The position numbers and the translations under genes are program-made. From positions 540 through 64,539 of the forward strand of contig JADFZK010000003.1 in NCBI GenBank assembly GCA_015232565.1: a stretch of 64,000 nucleotides of DNA, written 5' to 3'. This stretch comes from Candidatus Omnitrophota bacterium. Lineage in GTDB: Bacteria > Omnitrophota > Gorgyraeia > Zapsychrales > Fredricksoniimonadaceae. The notes beneath the pieces are model-generated. The model was not told where the DNA came from. It did not search any database and saw only the letters and a program-made list of their open reading frames with translations. Every line of letters begins with the position of its first letter. The stretch's first letter is position 1. This document shows, piece by piece, positions 10,725 through 21,949 of this stretch.

Positions 10725-13200
10725 AAACCGCGCGCAAAGACTCGCCAAAGATCACCCAACCGTAACCATAACGATGCTCAGCTTTTACTATTTTACTTTT
10801 GGCGCATAATGAAAGAAACGAGCGCGAATAGCCCAGAACCTGCGCGGCCGTCAGACTGGAATAAACACCATTTGGCAGGATCTCGCTTCGCTGCCATTGC
10901 CGCGGCTGACGCACCTCGGCAAAGACTGCCGTAAGATCCGCTTTTCTCATCACATAAACCATCCGCCCTTCTTCACCCAGAACAGAAACAGTCCTGAACT
11001 CAAGTCCAAACTCAAAGATCGCCCGAAGACAACACCTCATTACATGCCTCGGCCAACGCCCGGGAAACTGGGCGATATTTTCATATACCGCATCACGCAA
11101 TAATACTTCTTCCGGCGTTAACTTCGCCAACAAGCGAACAGCCGGCCAATAATGAGAATTGTCTGGATCCAATGCCACACTGCCCAACTGCTGGCGCGCC
11201 TCTTCCCATCGACCAGTATCTAACGAAAGCACAGCCTGACGCCGTTGGAACTCCGCTATCGGGATCAACGTCGTAAATCCGGGATCCCGGACAAATATTC
11301 CCTGAGGAACATCATTCTCGATATCCGGCGCGCACAAAAAAGAATACGCAGCTGCGTCATACGCATAAACCACATAACCATGTGTTTTATCGACGACAGG
11401 TACAAAATACAGATCTTTCCCTCGCAATGCCATGGGCAAACCATTAACACGCAATGTCATGCCGGCGCAGGACAGGACATTAAATGTATGCGTTGTCCCT
11501 TTCTTCTGCCGATACGATATCCAGGGTTTAGGCTCAATATTGCGCCGATTTAAAGCCCATTCAAAAAAGGCTTTTTGCTGAAGATCAACCCGTTGAATGC
11601 CGGTTTTATCTACATGCACATACTGCCCAACCACGATCTCGGTGCCCATACCAGATTCATCCTGGCCATCCGCAAAATATTCAACCAAATCAGCCATCAC
11701 TTCGATCACCAGGCCGAATTCCTTGTCACGCCGCAAACACAACCATCCCGTTTTGGGAAACCAGGGTTCATTCATCAGAGAATACACACCGGGAGAAAGC
11801 GCAAAAGAGAGTTCCTTTGCCGCCGGATGCGCATGATCGTAAACCCCGGTTAAAACTGTCGCCAACGGTGCAAAGGCCCGCTGTTTATCCAAACAACGAA
11901 ACAAAAAAACCGGCACCACTGACGCCCATTCTCTTTCGCCAATCACATGATCCGGCGTAAACCTAGCCAACAGAATATCCAGAATGGCCAGATCTACCAA
12001 TACAAACCCTTTCCGTTCATAATACTTGTAGGTACTAACCGGTTTCACAGACCGCAAACGACCGTCATCAAGTAAAGGGCCTGATAACCTGTACATATTT
12101 ACTACCTGTCCATGATTAACATCCTCCTGAACGATCACCAGCACCCGGCCATCGGTCACTTGCTCATCATTGACAACTATCTGAACGGCCTGCCCCAATT
12201 GACGCCGGCCCAGATCAGTTTTAATCTGTGTTTTGTTAGCCGCTGATAAAGGAAACCCAATGACCGACGCCACACGACTCCCCTCCCGGTTATACACAGG
12301 CGATGCGACCCCGCGGCCTTTCAGCTTCAATTCAATGCCAGCTCGGGCATCCAGAATATCGAGCGCCCCGAGAAAGACAGGAACGACTCGCCCCAAATCC
12401 TCATAATATTTCAAGGAATATGCCGGAGCTGACCTAAAAGAAAGATAAACATTAATAACCACACCCTGATTAACATCATTCTCAACAACCAGCCTTACCG
12501 GCTCATCAACAGACAAGAACCCCCACGCCTGTGCGGCCGACCGAGGGCGTGGGATCTCGATAAAATCGTCTTCCCCTTCACCAAACCGCACCACAAATGG
12601 CCGCCGGCCATCCCCCCAGCGCACATTTACCGACATTCCCTTAAGGCACTCTTTTCCCAGTGCATACCTTACGATCTGCTCTGCCGGTGAACCGGAGACC
12701 AATGCCGTCCGGTCTTCCCTGATGTCTTTCTGACGTTGCACACCCCGGGCGAAGGGGCGACTTTTCTGGCGTCCAGTATTTTCGCTCACAAAACGCATGA
12801 TCTCACGGCCTTCAACAATATAATCGGTACCGCAAAACCTTTGTGCTTTCAGCCTTCCGCCACGGACATACAATTGGACTGAGGAGAGTGATACCCCAAG
12901 AAATAGATGGAAAACATGTGCGAGCTTATACCGCCGCTCCGGTATTATGTCTTCCAGCAACCAGTGACGCGGTTTCTCCACAGCCGCAATTACTTTAGGC
13001 AAGTCCGCAGCCTTAATGGCATATTTAGCAGACGAATCTAGTCGAGAATCCTTTACAACCCGATAAGAAATACCATACTCTTCCAAAACAAATACCGCAT
13101 CCTGATAACGCCGACTAATTTGACGACCCTGAGACATTTCCAACGGCAAGCCTTGTCTTAACCCATCCATAAGCATGATCTCCCCGTCCTGCAAAGGCAT
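10725..13200 (-). CDS. Large repeat-containing protein of unknown function (~820 aa)
   Basis: ATG at 13200-13198 verified (MPLQDGEIMLMDG…); internal repeats VVNDEQVTDGRVLVIVQEDVNHGQVVNMY / VVENDVNQGVVINVY. Confidence 0.4.
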
Positions 13201-13289
13201 AGGGTCCGGGACAACCGAGCCCTTCGCTGCATAAGAAAGATCGGCAACTGTCTGGCTTCCAGTTCCCTGACTATCAACATTCAAGGGCA

Positions 13290-16200
13290 CGCACTCTTCG
13301 GCGAAGGCTTCGTTTTCTTCATCGGTGCTTTCGGGATAGGCCATGACCCGCGCTTCGTGGATAAGCGTCAGAAGAAGTTCTCGACGGAGGCTTGGGTCGG
13401 AGAGAAGCGCCGCGTCGCAATACAAAATTCCATTTCGGAAAGTTGCCCAGATAACATTAAATGGGCCGGAACGGATCTCGACCGTGTCACGGATGCGGAC
13501 CAGGGCCTCCGCAACATGCGAATCGCGCGATCCCACGCCAGCAATGTCTTCATTACAAGCCTGACGGAAATAATCATTCCGCACAAACGCCGTCGGCGCA
13601 CACCGCGCCAGATCCAGGCCAACATTCGTTTCGTTGGCATCCTGGCCTTTCTTCGCCCGGTGCGGATCACCAGACAGGCTTACCCACTCCTGTAAGAACG
13701 CGGACGGGTCAATGCCCTCGGTGGAAAAGCCGAATTTTATGTCTGAAGCCCAGGCCGCTTTAAATGCCTCGGTCCAAATGCGCTGATGATCAGCCTTTTG
13801 GCCTGCGTCTAACCCGGCGACAGACTCTTGCCAAAGACGCTGAAACAACCTGGGCGCTGCAGCCCATTCTTCGGCATCGAAATTATCAACCGCTATTTGC
13901 GCGCCAGCCAGCGTAGGCAACACGCCTTCTTCCTCCTGGGCCACCAATAACGGCCAATATCCAAAAGTTTCTGAAAGCGGCCGGTTAAGGTCTTTAAGGT
14001 CTCGCTGTGCCCGACGAAGCAATCGCAATACTGATGGCACACGCAAAGCCACGCTGATCTGCGGTAGTCCTTGCGCCGCGGCTGCCAACTCGGGCGCCAG
14101 GGCGAAGATCGAATCCACCCCAACGACTTGGCCATATGCCAGCTTTACAGGCGGCTGTGCATTGGGTATAAATTTCCCGGTGCTCGGGTCTGACGTTTCT
14201 TTGGTATATTTCGACAACTTTACAAAATATCCATTCAACAATCCGGCCAGATCCTCACCGGCCAGATCCAAATGCAAAGCACCGGGATGATCGTAAAGCG
14301 TTTTACCATCCCGCACGGGCTTTTGTCCCCGCGATCTGAAATACATATCCACCGGAAACAGCACTAATGAATTTCTTAAGGCCTCTTTGATGTTTTGAAG
14401 AATTGTAGATTTTCCCGCGCCCGACGGAGCCGCCAAAAAGATCACTCCGCGCCGCGAGCCCAGGCGCTTCTTCCAGGCCTTAACCAGCTCCAGCACCTTA
14501 TGTTCACGCTTTCTGCGGTCCTTTTCAATAACCACAATCTGCTCAGCCCTGGCACTAGCTCCAGAAGGCCAAGTCGCCTTCGGGGACAATGGCGTCCCGG
14601 GCAACATGGTCAGGACACCGTTAACACTACCCAGGTCGTTTACTGAACTATCAAGATGATCGGCCTGAAGACCCGGAACCTTGAACGCAGAATGTTCTAT
14701 ATATCTGTAAATTTTCCCGAGTTTATGTATATGAACTAATACGGAAAGCGCATCGAGTTCATGCTGAAAAGCGTCCAGAGCCTCTTTGATAACGGCTGGA
14801 CCATCATTCGGCCAAAGCACAAAACAACTTTCGAGCGTAAAGATTGATGTGTTAAAAACATGATTGATAGCCCGAAGAATATGCCAAGGACCTTTTTGAA
14901 CTTTAACAAAATGTTTCAACTCCTCGATCCCGGCCTGGATCGCGTTGCTCGTCGCTGTAGAATATGGCTTACCCGCCAGCGCACTTATGCTCGCTAATAC
15001 CCGGCGACAATTAAGAATAAAGCTACTAACTGTCTGTTCTTTGTAAATGTTCCAGTTGTAATCGGCATGACATCGAACGGCAGCCTCGGGGCCGCTGGTA
15101 CGCGCCAGCCGGATCCATTCGAGGGCCTTGTTATAAAGCACCTCCCTTTCTTCCCGGGTTGAAGGCCTGAGGCAGACCACATCCCCTGCCAAAACTGCCA
15201 CCAGATCATGTTGATCTGCAAACCTCTGCGCCACCACACATTCCTCCCGCTCGGACGGAACCGCGTCGCGCCTGATCCCCAGCCATTGCTCGTTCTCCCA
15301 GCGCGCGGCTTCCAGAAACAACCCCCGCACAGCCCGGGCGCCCGACAATACAGCAGATTGCAACCGGGCAAACCACCTCTTATCCAGAGCCAATGGAGAA
15401 GATTTATCATTTAATCGTTCAACCCGCTCTAAAAGCGCCAAATGTTCAGACTTTTCCCGTTCGATATCCTCTGCTTTTCTAACACCAAATTTATCCTGAT
15501 GTCCGCGTTCCACCAGGCTCTGAATTTTCGCGTATGACAAATTAGGCACCGCCTGCCAAACACGCAGAACTTCCCTGGGAGGCGTAGTATCAAAAACACT
15601 GGCGTCATCCGGATTGATTGACGGCATTTGTCCGTTTAACAATAGCTGACGCGGCAAAATACGCGCATACCCCGATGACACCGGCGAAAGTATAGCCACA
15701 CTGGTAGGGTTTATTTCCAGAGAGATTTCATTTTGCGCAACCAAAACGGCGATCTGTCGAACATAACCCCTGGCAATGTCCACCTGATGTTCCGTCGCTC
15801 CCAACGCATATAAATGTTCCGGCGCGCAAGAAAACGCGGTCACATGTGCCAGACGGTCTGAACCAGTGACACATTCGCGCAGGATCCTGCCCAGGGCGTT
15901 TAGATAATCACGAACATATGTTTGCGGATCACCATACAAACCCTCACCCCAGGTTTCTCCAATATGACAAGTCATCCCCAATCCCGCTAAACGCACCAAA
16001 CGCGAGATGACAGAACCGATCCAGTTAAAATAATCCCGCTCAAAACCAATACTGCTGGCACCCGCCACAAAAGAACGCTGATCTACTGTTAACCCGTAAT
16101 AAAAACGCACGAACTCACACGCTTCGCGCACAGCCAATCGGCGCGCTTCGTAAGCCATTATCAGAAGCCCTATTAAAACGTCCTCATTTACTGATCCGCC

Positions 16201-17277
16201 ACGGGCTATTTGCCAGGTTCGCAGATCTTCCCAAAAGATGGCAAACTCACGAACCGACTGCTCCGGCGTAAGTCCCAACACCTTTATATCCATTTCGGCC
16301 GCCAGTCCAGACACCCGCTCGCACACAGCGGCCAAGGTAAGCCCTGTATACGGCGCCAGCAGACTTAAACGCTTTTCCTCGGGCAAGGACAATACCCGAA
16401 GTAAATGATCCTTGCGAAAGCCTTTAAGTAAAACGACCGACGTATGACCCCGCGTATCCTTCAATACACGCTGAGCCATACCCAGCATAAAAGGCGACAG
16501 GTCAAGATCGGTCACTTCGATATACCTTAACTCACACTGCCTCGCCATATGCATAATGCCTTCAAACGCCATGGCCGCACGCTGTTGCGGGTCACCGCCG
16601 CTGACGGCTCTGACGAACGCCACCGCGCGCTCGAACTCCTCGAAACGCGCTTTCTGCCGATCCCGCACGGTGACAAAAGCTTTTAAATTCTTCACCGCAA
16701 CGTCGAAGGCCGCACCCATACGATCGGCCGGAAAACCAACCAGCTCCGCAAAAGCCGCATCCGCCTCTGTTGGCAAAATAGCGTCCACAGGATCCGGATG
16801 ATGCATGTACCAGACAGGATCACAACTACGGCCATCAATAGCCCGGGAAGTCAGAACAAATCTACGACGAGCAACCGGATCATCAAGCAAGCGCGGCAAC
16901 AATTGCTCCGCATAAGCCAACCCGGAGACATGTTCATGAACGATAGCGTAAGGCAGCCTTGCCAAACAGGCTTCAACTGCCAACAACAAAGCAGGATCAT
17001 CTATCGCACGATCAAATAGCAATGCCAGGTCGACGAGAGAATATTGCGGCATCCCGCTCAAAACACCGGGTAAGCAAGCCAAATCGGGCTTTTCACCCTT
17101 ACCGTCGGGAGACTGGCAATACCAAAAAACCGGAGGAGCAGTGGTCCCTTTTTCCTGGGGTCTGGCGCTTAAAACCAGAGCCCCCTGTTTTCTACCGGGC
17201 ACCAACATGAAGGGCAATACAATGCATAAAACAGCCACCAGGACCGCTAGAACCACCGCCCCGAATATGCTTTTCAT
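13290..17277 (-). CDS. Multidomain protein: signal/TM, adenosine/AMP-deaminase-like domain, uridine-kinase-like P-loop domain, C-terminal conserved module (copy C, 13290-13680)
   Basis: ATG at 17277-17275 verified (MKSIFGAVVLAVLVAVL…); MTCHIGE and SINPDDASVF resemble adenosine-deaminase metal-site and C-terminal signatures; Walker A IFLAAPSGAGKSTIL at about 14410-14450 verified. Confidence 0.5.
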
Positions 17278-17289
17278 CTGCCCTGCCTG

Positions 17290-17928
17290 GCCCGGGCCAC
17301 TTTTGGAGGAAGAGCCTTTATCGGAAGGCACAAAGTCCTGTGAGATGATCTCAAGCTTGGGTTTGCCACCGGGGAAAGTGATGACCAGGGTTGTGCTGTA
17401 ATCACTGCCTTTCCATTTCTTCGGAAGCCCGTCCTGGATGCCCAAAGCCGCGGCAAACGCCGGCAAATAATCGTGGGTCCAGCACACCACCACGGTCTTC
17501 CCGGCCAGCGACCGGTCCGCCAGCAACGCCGCGGCGGTTAATTCCGGGCGTTCATCAGGAGACAACGTGCGCACTTCCTGGTTGAGAGCCAGCGCGGCCG
17601 GTGTTACGGTCTGCAAAGCCCGCACGCTCCGCCCGTGACGAGTGGGCGCAGAAGTAAAGAAAGCGGCTGGCGCGCCATTGGTACCCAGCACATCACCCGC
17701 AGTAAGCCATTTTACCAGCCAGGCGGCCCGCTGACGGCCGACGGCAGAAAGGTTCTCGTCGGACTTTTCCACCGGCTTCTCCGCATGACGAAACAGGATA
17801 ATCCGAGCCGGAAGCGTTTCAACACTGGCACGAGAAGCAAAAACGGAAGAAGAGGGAACTGTCGATTGATGATCGGAAGAAAGCGGAGAACGGCCGGAGA
17901 AACCACATTTTACGGCTGTTGCCAGCAT
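17290..17928 (-). CDS. Histidine-phosphatase (phosphoglycerate-mutase-like) family protein with signal/TM
   Basis: RIILFRHAEK (RHG/RHA catalytic motif); ATG at 17928-17926 verified. Confidence 0.5.
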
Positions 17929-18042
17929 TACGATAATAATAAACACACCGGCGAGTTGATGAATATGCTCCCTTAACACAAAAGCCGCTTCGCGCGTTAG
18001 CGCCGGCCCCGCCCTGATTCGGTCAGCCTCCAGGGACACCGG

Positions 18043-18149
18043 CCGGAGCTGGACCTTTCCGGCAGGATGCCGGGTCCAGCGGAGTGCCGGAGCTGGACCT
18101 TTCCGGCTGGATGCCGGGTCCAGCGGAGTGCCGGTCCCAGTCAGACCGG
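18043..18149. repeat. Tandem pair of a 44-nt hairpin-forming element (CCGGAGCTGGACCTTTCCGGCAGGATGCCGGGTCCAGCGGAGTG x2) plus a short CCGGTC…GACCGG palindrome; REP- or terminator-like
   Basis: Stem GCTGGACC/GGTCCAGC read directly; further copies at 45878-45940 and 51983-52045. Confidence 0.6.
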
Positions 18150-18169
18150 ACCGGCCCAGTCGGCCGGGT

Positions 18170-18987
18170 CGGTGCGGCTCAATATTATCCCGCTCCCAAA
18201 ACGGAGCCCTCAAGACGTCAATAAAGACCGCGTCCTCACGAGGATAAAACTTGTGCATCAGCACCCCCGACAAAAACAATCCCGCCAAATACGCGGCCAT
18301 ATCGTAATTATCGAAAACACCTTTAACACCGCTGAGGTCACTCAGATCAAATAACGGACTACCCGCCTGGGAATATTCAACCCAAACGATCATACTAAAG
18401 AAGAATAAAGTTACATAGCGGCCAAGCTTGGCAAAAGCGATCTCCAAAGGAAGTTCATCAACAACATTGGCGAGACCGGCTATTCTGGCCCGACCATTAC
18501 CAACAAACACATACAACCAGCGAATAAACGCATAACCCAGAAATATCACACATGTAATACCCGGCAAGAACAGAAAATCGTTCAGCCACCAATGGTCAAC
18601 ATTTGCCCAGAAGCCGGATAACGGCAGGTACCAGCCCCGGAAATGCTCCCGCAGGACCGCAAAAACCGCAATAACAGCGGCCAGCGTCAACTGCCGGTTT
18701 AAGGCCCACCCGGAAGGCCGCACAACTGAACGATACTTATTCCCGGATTCCTGAAAAGCCAGGCCCTCAAGGATCCCCGCCAATACAACCACGACCAACA
18801 CCGCTAACGGAAAATATAATGCCACATCGCCAAGGATTTGGATCATCCGGTCGAGCGAATCCAGATTTAAGCCGCTCCAAAAAGAACCCGGCATCAAAAA
18901 GCCCGCCCCGGCTAATTGAGCCCCCGCCGCTTTACCCAGCGGACGATCGGATCGGGCGGGATCGGACGAGTTGACGCTCCTCCGCAT
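18170..18987 (-). CDS. Polytopic membrane protein
   Basis: ATG at 18987-18985 verified (MRRSVNSSDPARSDRPLGKAAGAQLAG… then several hydrophobic helices). Confidence 0.45.
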
Positions 18988-19044
18988 AAATGCTATATTT
19001 ATAACGCTTGCACGCAAGAACGATATTAACTGGAGGATGACTAA

Positions 19045-19272
19045 ATGTCTTTTGACCGCATAACCGCCGACCCTTCCATATGCCACGGAAAACCTTGCAT
19101 CAAAGGGCACCGGATCATGGTGTACCAGATACTTGACATGATTGCGGACAATGTTTCTTTTGACGAGATCATTACCGATCACTTTCCCCAACTGACCCAG
19201 GAAGACCTTGTAGCCTGCGTTGAATACGCGGCTTATATAGTACGAAACGAGGAAGTTCACCTTGCCCGGTAA
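19045..19272 (+). CDS. DUF433-family protein (antitoxin-like)
   Basis: DPSICHGKPCIKGHRIMVYQILDMIADNVSFDEIITDHFPQLTQEDLVACVEYAA; proper TAA stop. Confidence 0.75.
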   Translation: MSFDRITADPSICHGKPCIKGHRIMVYQILDMIADNVSFDEIITDHFPQLTQEDLVACVEYAAYIVRNEEVHLAR

Positions 19273-19633
19273 TTGGCGCATACTTTGCGATGAATGCGTA
19301 AGTTTAACAACCATCCAGGCATTGCGCGGTGCAGGAGTCAATGTCACCACGATCCTGGAACTTGCGCTGGCCTCAGCCAAAGACGCAGTCGTATTCAAAC
19401 AGGCAATCCACGACCAGCGCATTCTGTTAACTGAAGACACCGATTTTGGCAACATAACGCTCTTCCCGCCCAGCCTCCACCACGGCATTATCCTGTTACG
19501 TTTCCGCCGCAAGTCAAAAGACGCACTCCATGCCGTCCTCCTGGCATTAATTTCCAACACGGATCCCGCTGACCTGAAAGGCACCCTGGCCATAGTTGAA
19601 GCAGATGGATACCGTCTCCGCCAGTGCAATTGA
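19262..19633 (+). CDS. DUF5615-family PIN-like protein (partner of DUF433)
   Basis: Overlaps the DUF433 stop; canonical DUF433/DUF5615 gene pair. Confidence 0.65.
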   Translation: MPGNWRILCDECVSLTTIQALRGAGVNVTTILELALASAKDAVVFKQAIHDQRILLTEDTDFGNITLFPPSLHHGIILLRFRRKSKDALHAVLLALISNTDPADLKGTLAIVEADGYRLRQCN

Positions 19634-19789
19634 AGCGCCTGGCCGCAAGTGCCAAACACCACTACTAAGACCGTTATCGGAAGATATAATGCCACATTGC
19701 CAAAGAATTGGATCAGCCAATCGAGCGAGTCCGAATTTAATCCGGTCAATAAAGAGCCCGGCATCAAAAAGCCTACCCCGGCTAATTGA

Positions 19790-21045
19790 GCCGCCCCCGC
19801 CGCTTCACTCAATGAACGATTAGCGCTGAACCTTTTCGGCTGGATGTCGGATTCAGCGGCGTGTCCGGGGCAATCAGAATGGTCGGCACTATGCCCTGTA
19901 CCCGTGGACCATTCAACGTAACCTTGCCGGAAATCCCACAGATCGGGCTCTTCCGGTATTGCTTCAATATGTTTATCCAATGCATCCGGTCGCGCACTTT
20001 CGCGGGCCGGCTGTTCTGCCGGAGCTGGCTCTGTCTGTTCTGATTCTGCCTGGTCCGGCTTTTTGGGCTCACGGCTTTTTTCTTCTTGCTCCTGCCTCTG
20101 TTTTAACTGCGCCTCACGGGCGATCTCGGCGTCCAAGTTAGCTTTAGTAAATTCTCCTGGCGGCCTCACAGTCAAACGCCGGACGTCAAGTGTCTGCCAA
20201 TACTTCTGGCGCAACAACATTCCCGCCATCCGTTCCACAAAGACCGGATCATTATTCATAGCCCCGAACTCTGAGGCCCGCGCCCGGCGGATCAGATCGG
20301 CCTCCTCTACAAAACCCCGCTCGGTCAATAACTTAAGTGCATGCTCGTACTTCCAGCAATTATCAGCATAAAATCTAACTCTCCCGCCCAACCTTTCAAA
20401 CTGATCCATCTGTTGCTCGAGTGTTAAATCTTGCAACGAAACACCCGGGTTATTTAAGGCAAAGGTCTCCTGAAAAGCAGGATGGGAGAACACTGTCTTA
20501 ATATCATCCGCAAAACTTTTATCCACCGCGGCGGTATCTTCCGCCGTCCACTGGCGGTCTTCAGCCTTTACGATCTCAAAACGCTCACCTTCGCGCACTT
20601 CACGAAACCGGAAAAAGTGATGCAACCCCAGAACGTGATCCCACGCCGGTTCATACACCGCATATCCACCGGGTGCCGGACCCGCCAGTGTCGGGCACTG
20701 GCCATTTTCATCGGGCGCACCGAGCCTGTACCTTTTAAGCGTGCAATATTGTTCAACAATACCAGTTATACTATCCTGCAAGAACCACAACGCTTCCTGC
20801 GGAGAAGCCGGTGCCCAACCACGATCCCCATCCAAAAGAGAAATAATACTGTCCAAATCTGTAGGGACATGCGCATCGATCAGGAAATTCTGATGGGCCG
20901 GCATTAAGAAAGCTCCCAACAGATCGAACGCTTTTGCTACTGGCGCCGCTGCCGCGGTCACTTTTGCTACAACAGCCGCGGGACCAGTAAACCCCAAAGC
21001 GCTGGCCACACTGGCACATAAACCCAGAAAGTGCCTCCGGCTCAT
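19790..21045 (-). CDS. Tat-signal protein of unknown function with E/Q/K-rich C-terminus
   Basis: ATG at 21045-21043 verified; MSRRHFLGLCASVASALGFTGPAAV twin-arginine signal. Confidence 0.45.
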
Positions 21046-21949
21046 CGAAGTGATATCACCGGGGCCCTGGGACGGAGGAACATCGCCCAGCGGATTATCG
21101 TGGCAGTCGGGATGGCGGCCTACGTTTACGACTTCTAAGCAATTCTCAATCTGTTTATATATATAACTTTCGGAAGCGTCTTGTAATTTAAGCTGTCGTG
21201 CCAGGGCCATCAAGGCTTTAAGGATGCTGGGCGCCGTTTTTACATTACTCATTTCGCCGGCAATAATACGCCCCATCAATCTGGCATCATTCGTATTAAA
21301 CTGCCAGTCAAGCGTAGCGTGTAACAAGGCCAAACCCGCCTCGAGCGCGATCCGGTGCGCCGATCCGATGTCCCCGCTGGCTAGAAAGACCTCGGCCCGT
21401 TTCAATTCCTGATGCAGAATAAACCGCAAGGTCGCGGCCGCCTGTTCATTACGCGCTAAAGTGCGATTCTCTTCCAGAAAGATAATATATGGATCTATCG
21501 GCCGGCTCAAATTTTGCGCTGGCTCGGGCCTGACCTTGCCTGTCCTCCTGAGCCAATGCCAGAAATCAAGATCGGCGCACAGAGCGTCAAATTCGTTGCT
21601 ATACAGCTCGTGACCCAACAACAAGGCCTGGATCTCGGCCGGCAGATCCAAAGCCGCCTGTGCGATCTCGATAGCGCCCGCCACATGACGCATATAGATC
21701 CTGGTCCGAAAACCATTTACCAACCGAACAGGAATTCGTTTATTGCGCATACGCTCGTTCAATTCAGCTTCATTGTAAAACTCCTGAACCATTGCCACCG
21801 CTGCCTGCAGATCCGGAAGATCCTCCCCTTCCAGAGCAAAAAAGCCATTCGTTATAGTCAACTCAAATTGGGCCAGAACTTGCGTGCGTTCAGTCGGGGA
21901 TAACCGACAGTCGCTCTGGCACGGATTGTTATGGTCTCCCGGCCCGGCG

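Noticed and set aside
18043-18130. Possible CRISPR array
   Set aside because: Only two directly adjacent repeat units with no spacers; other copies are solitary. It is a REP/hairpin element, not CRISPR.
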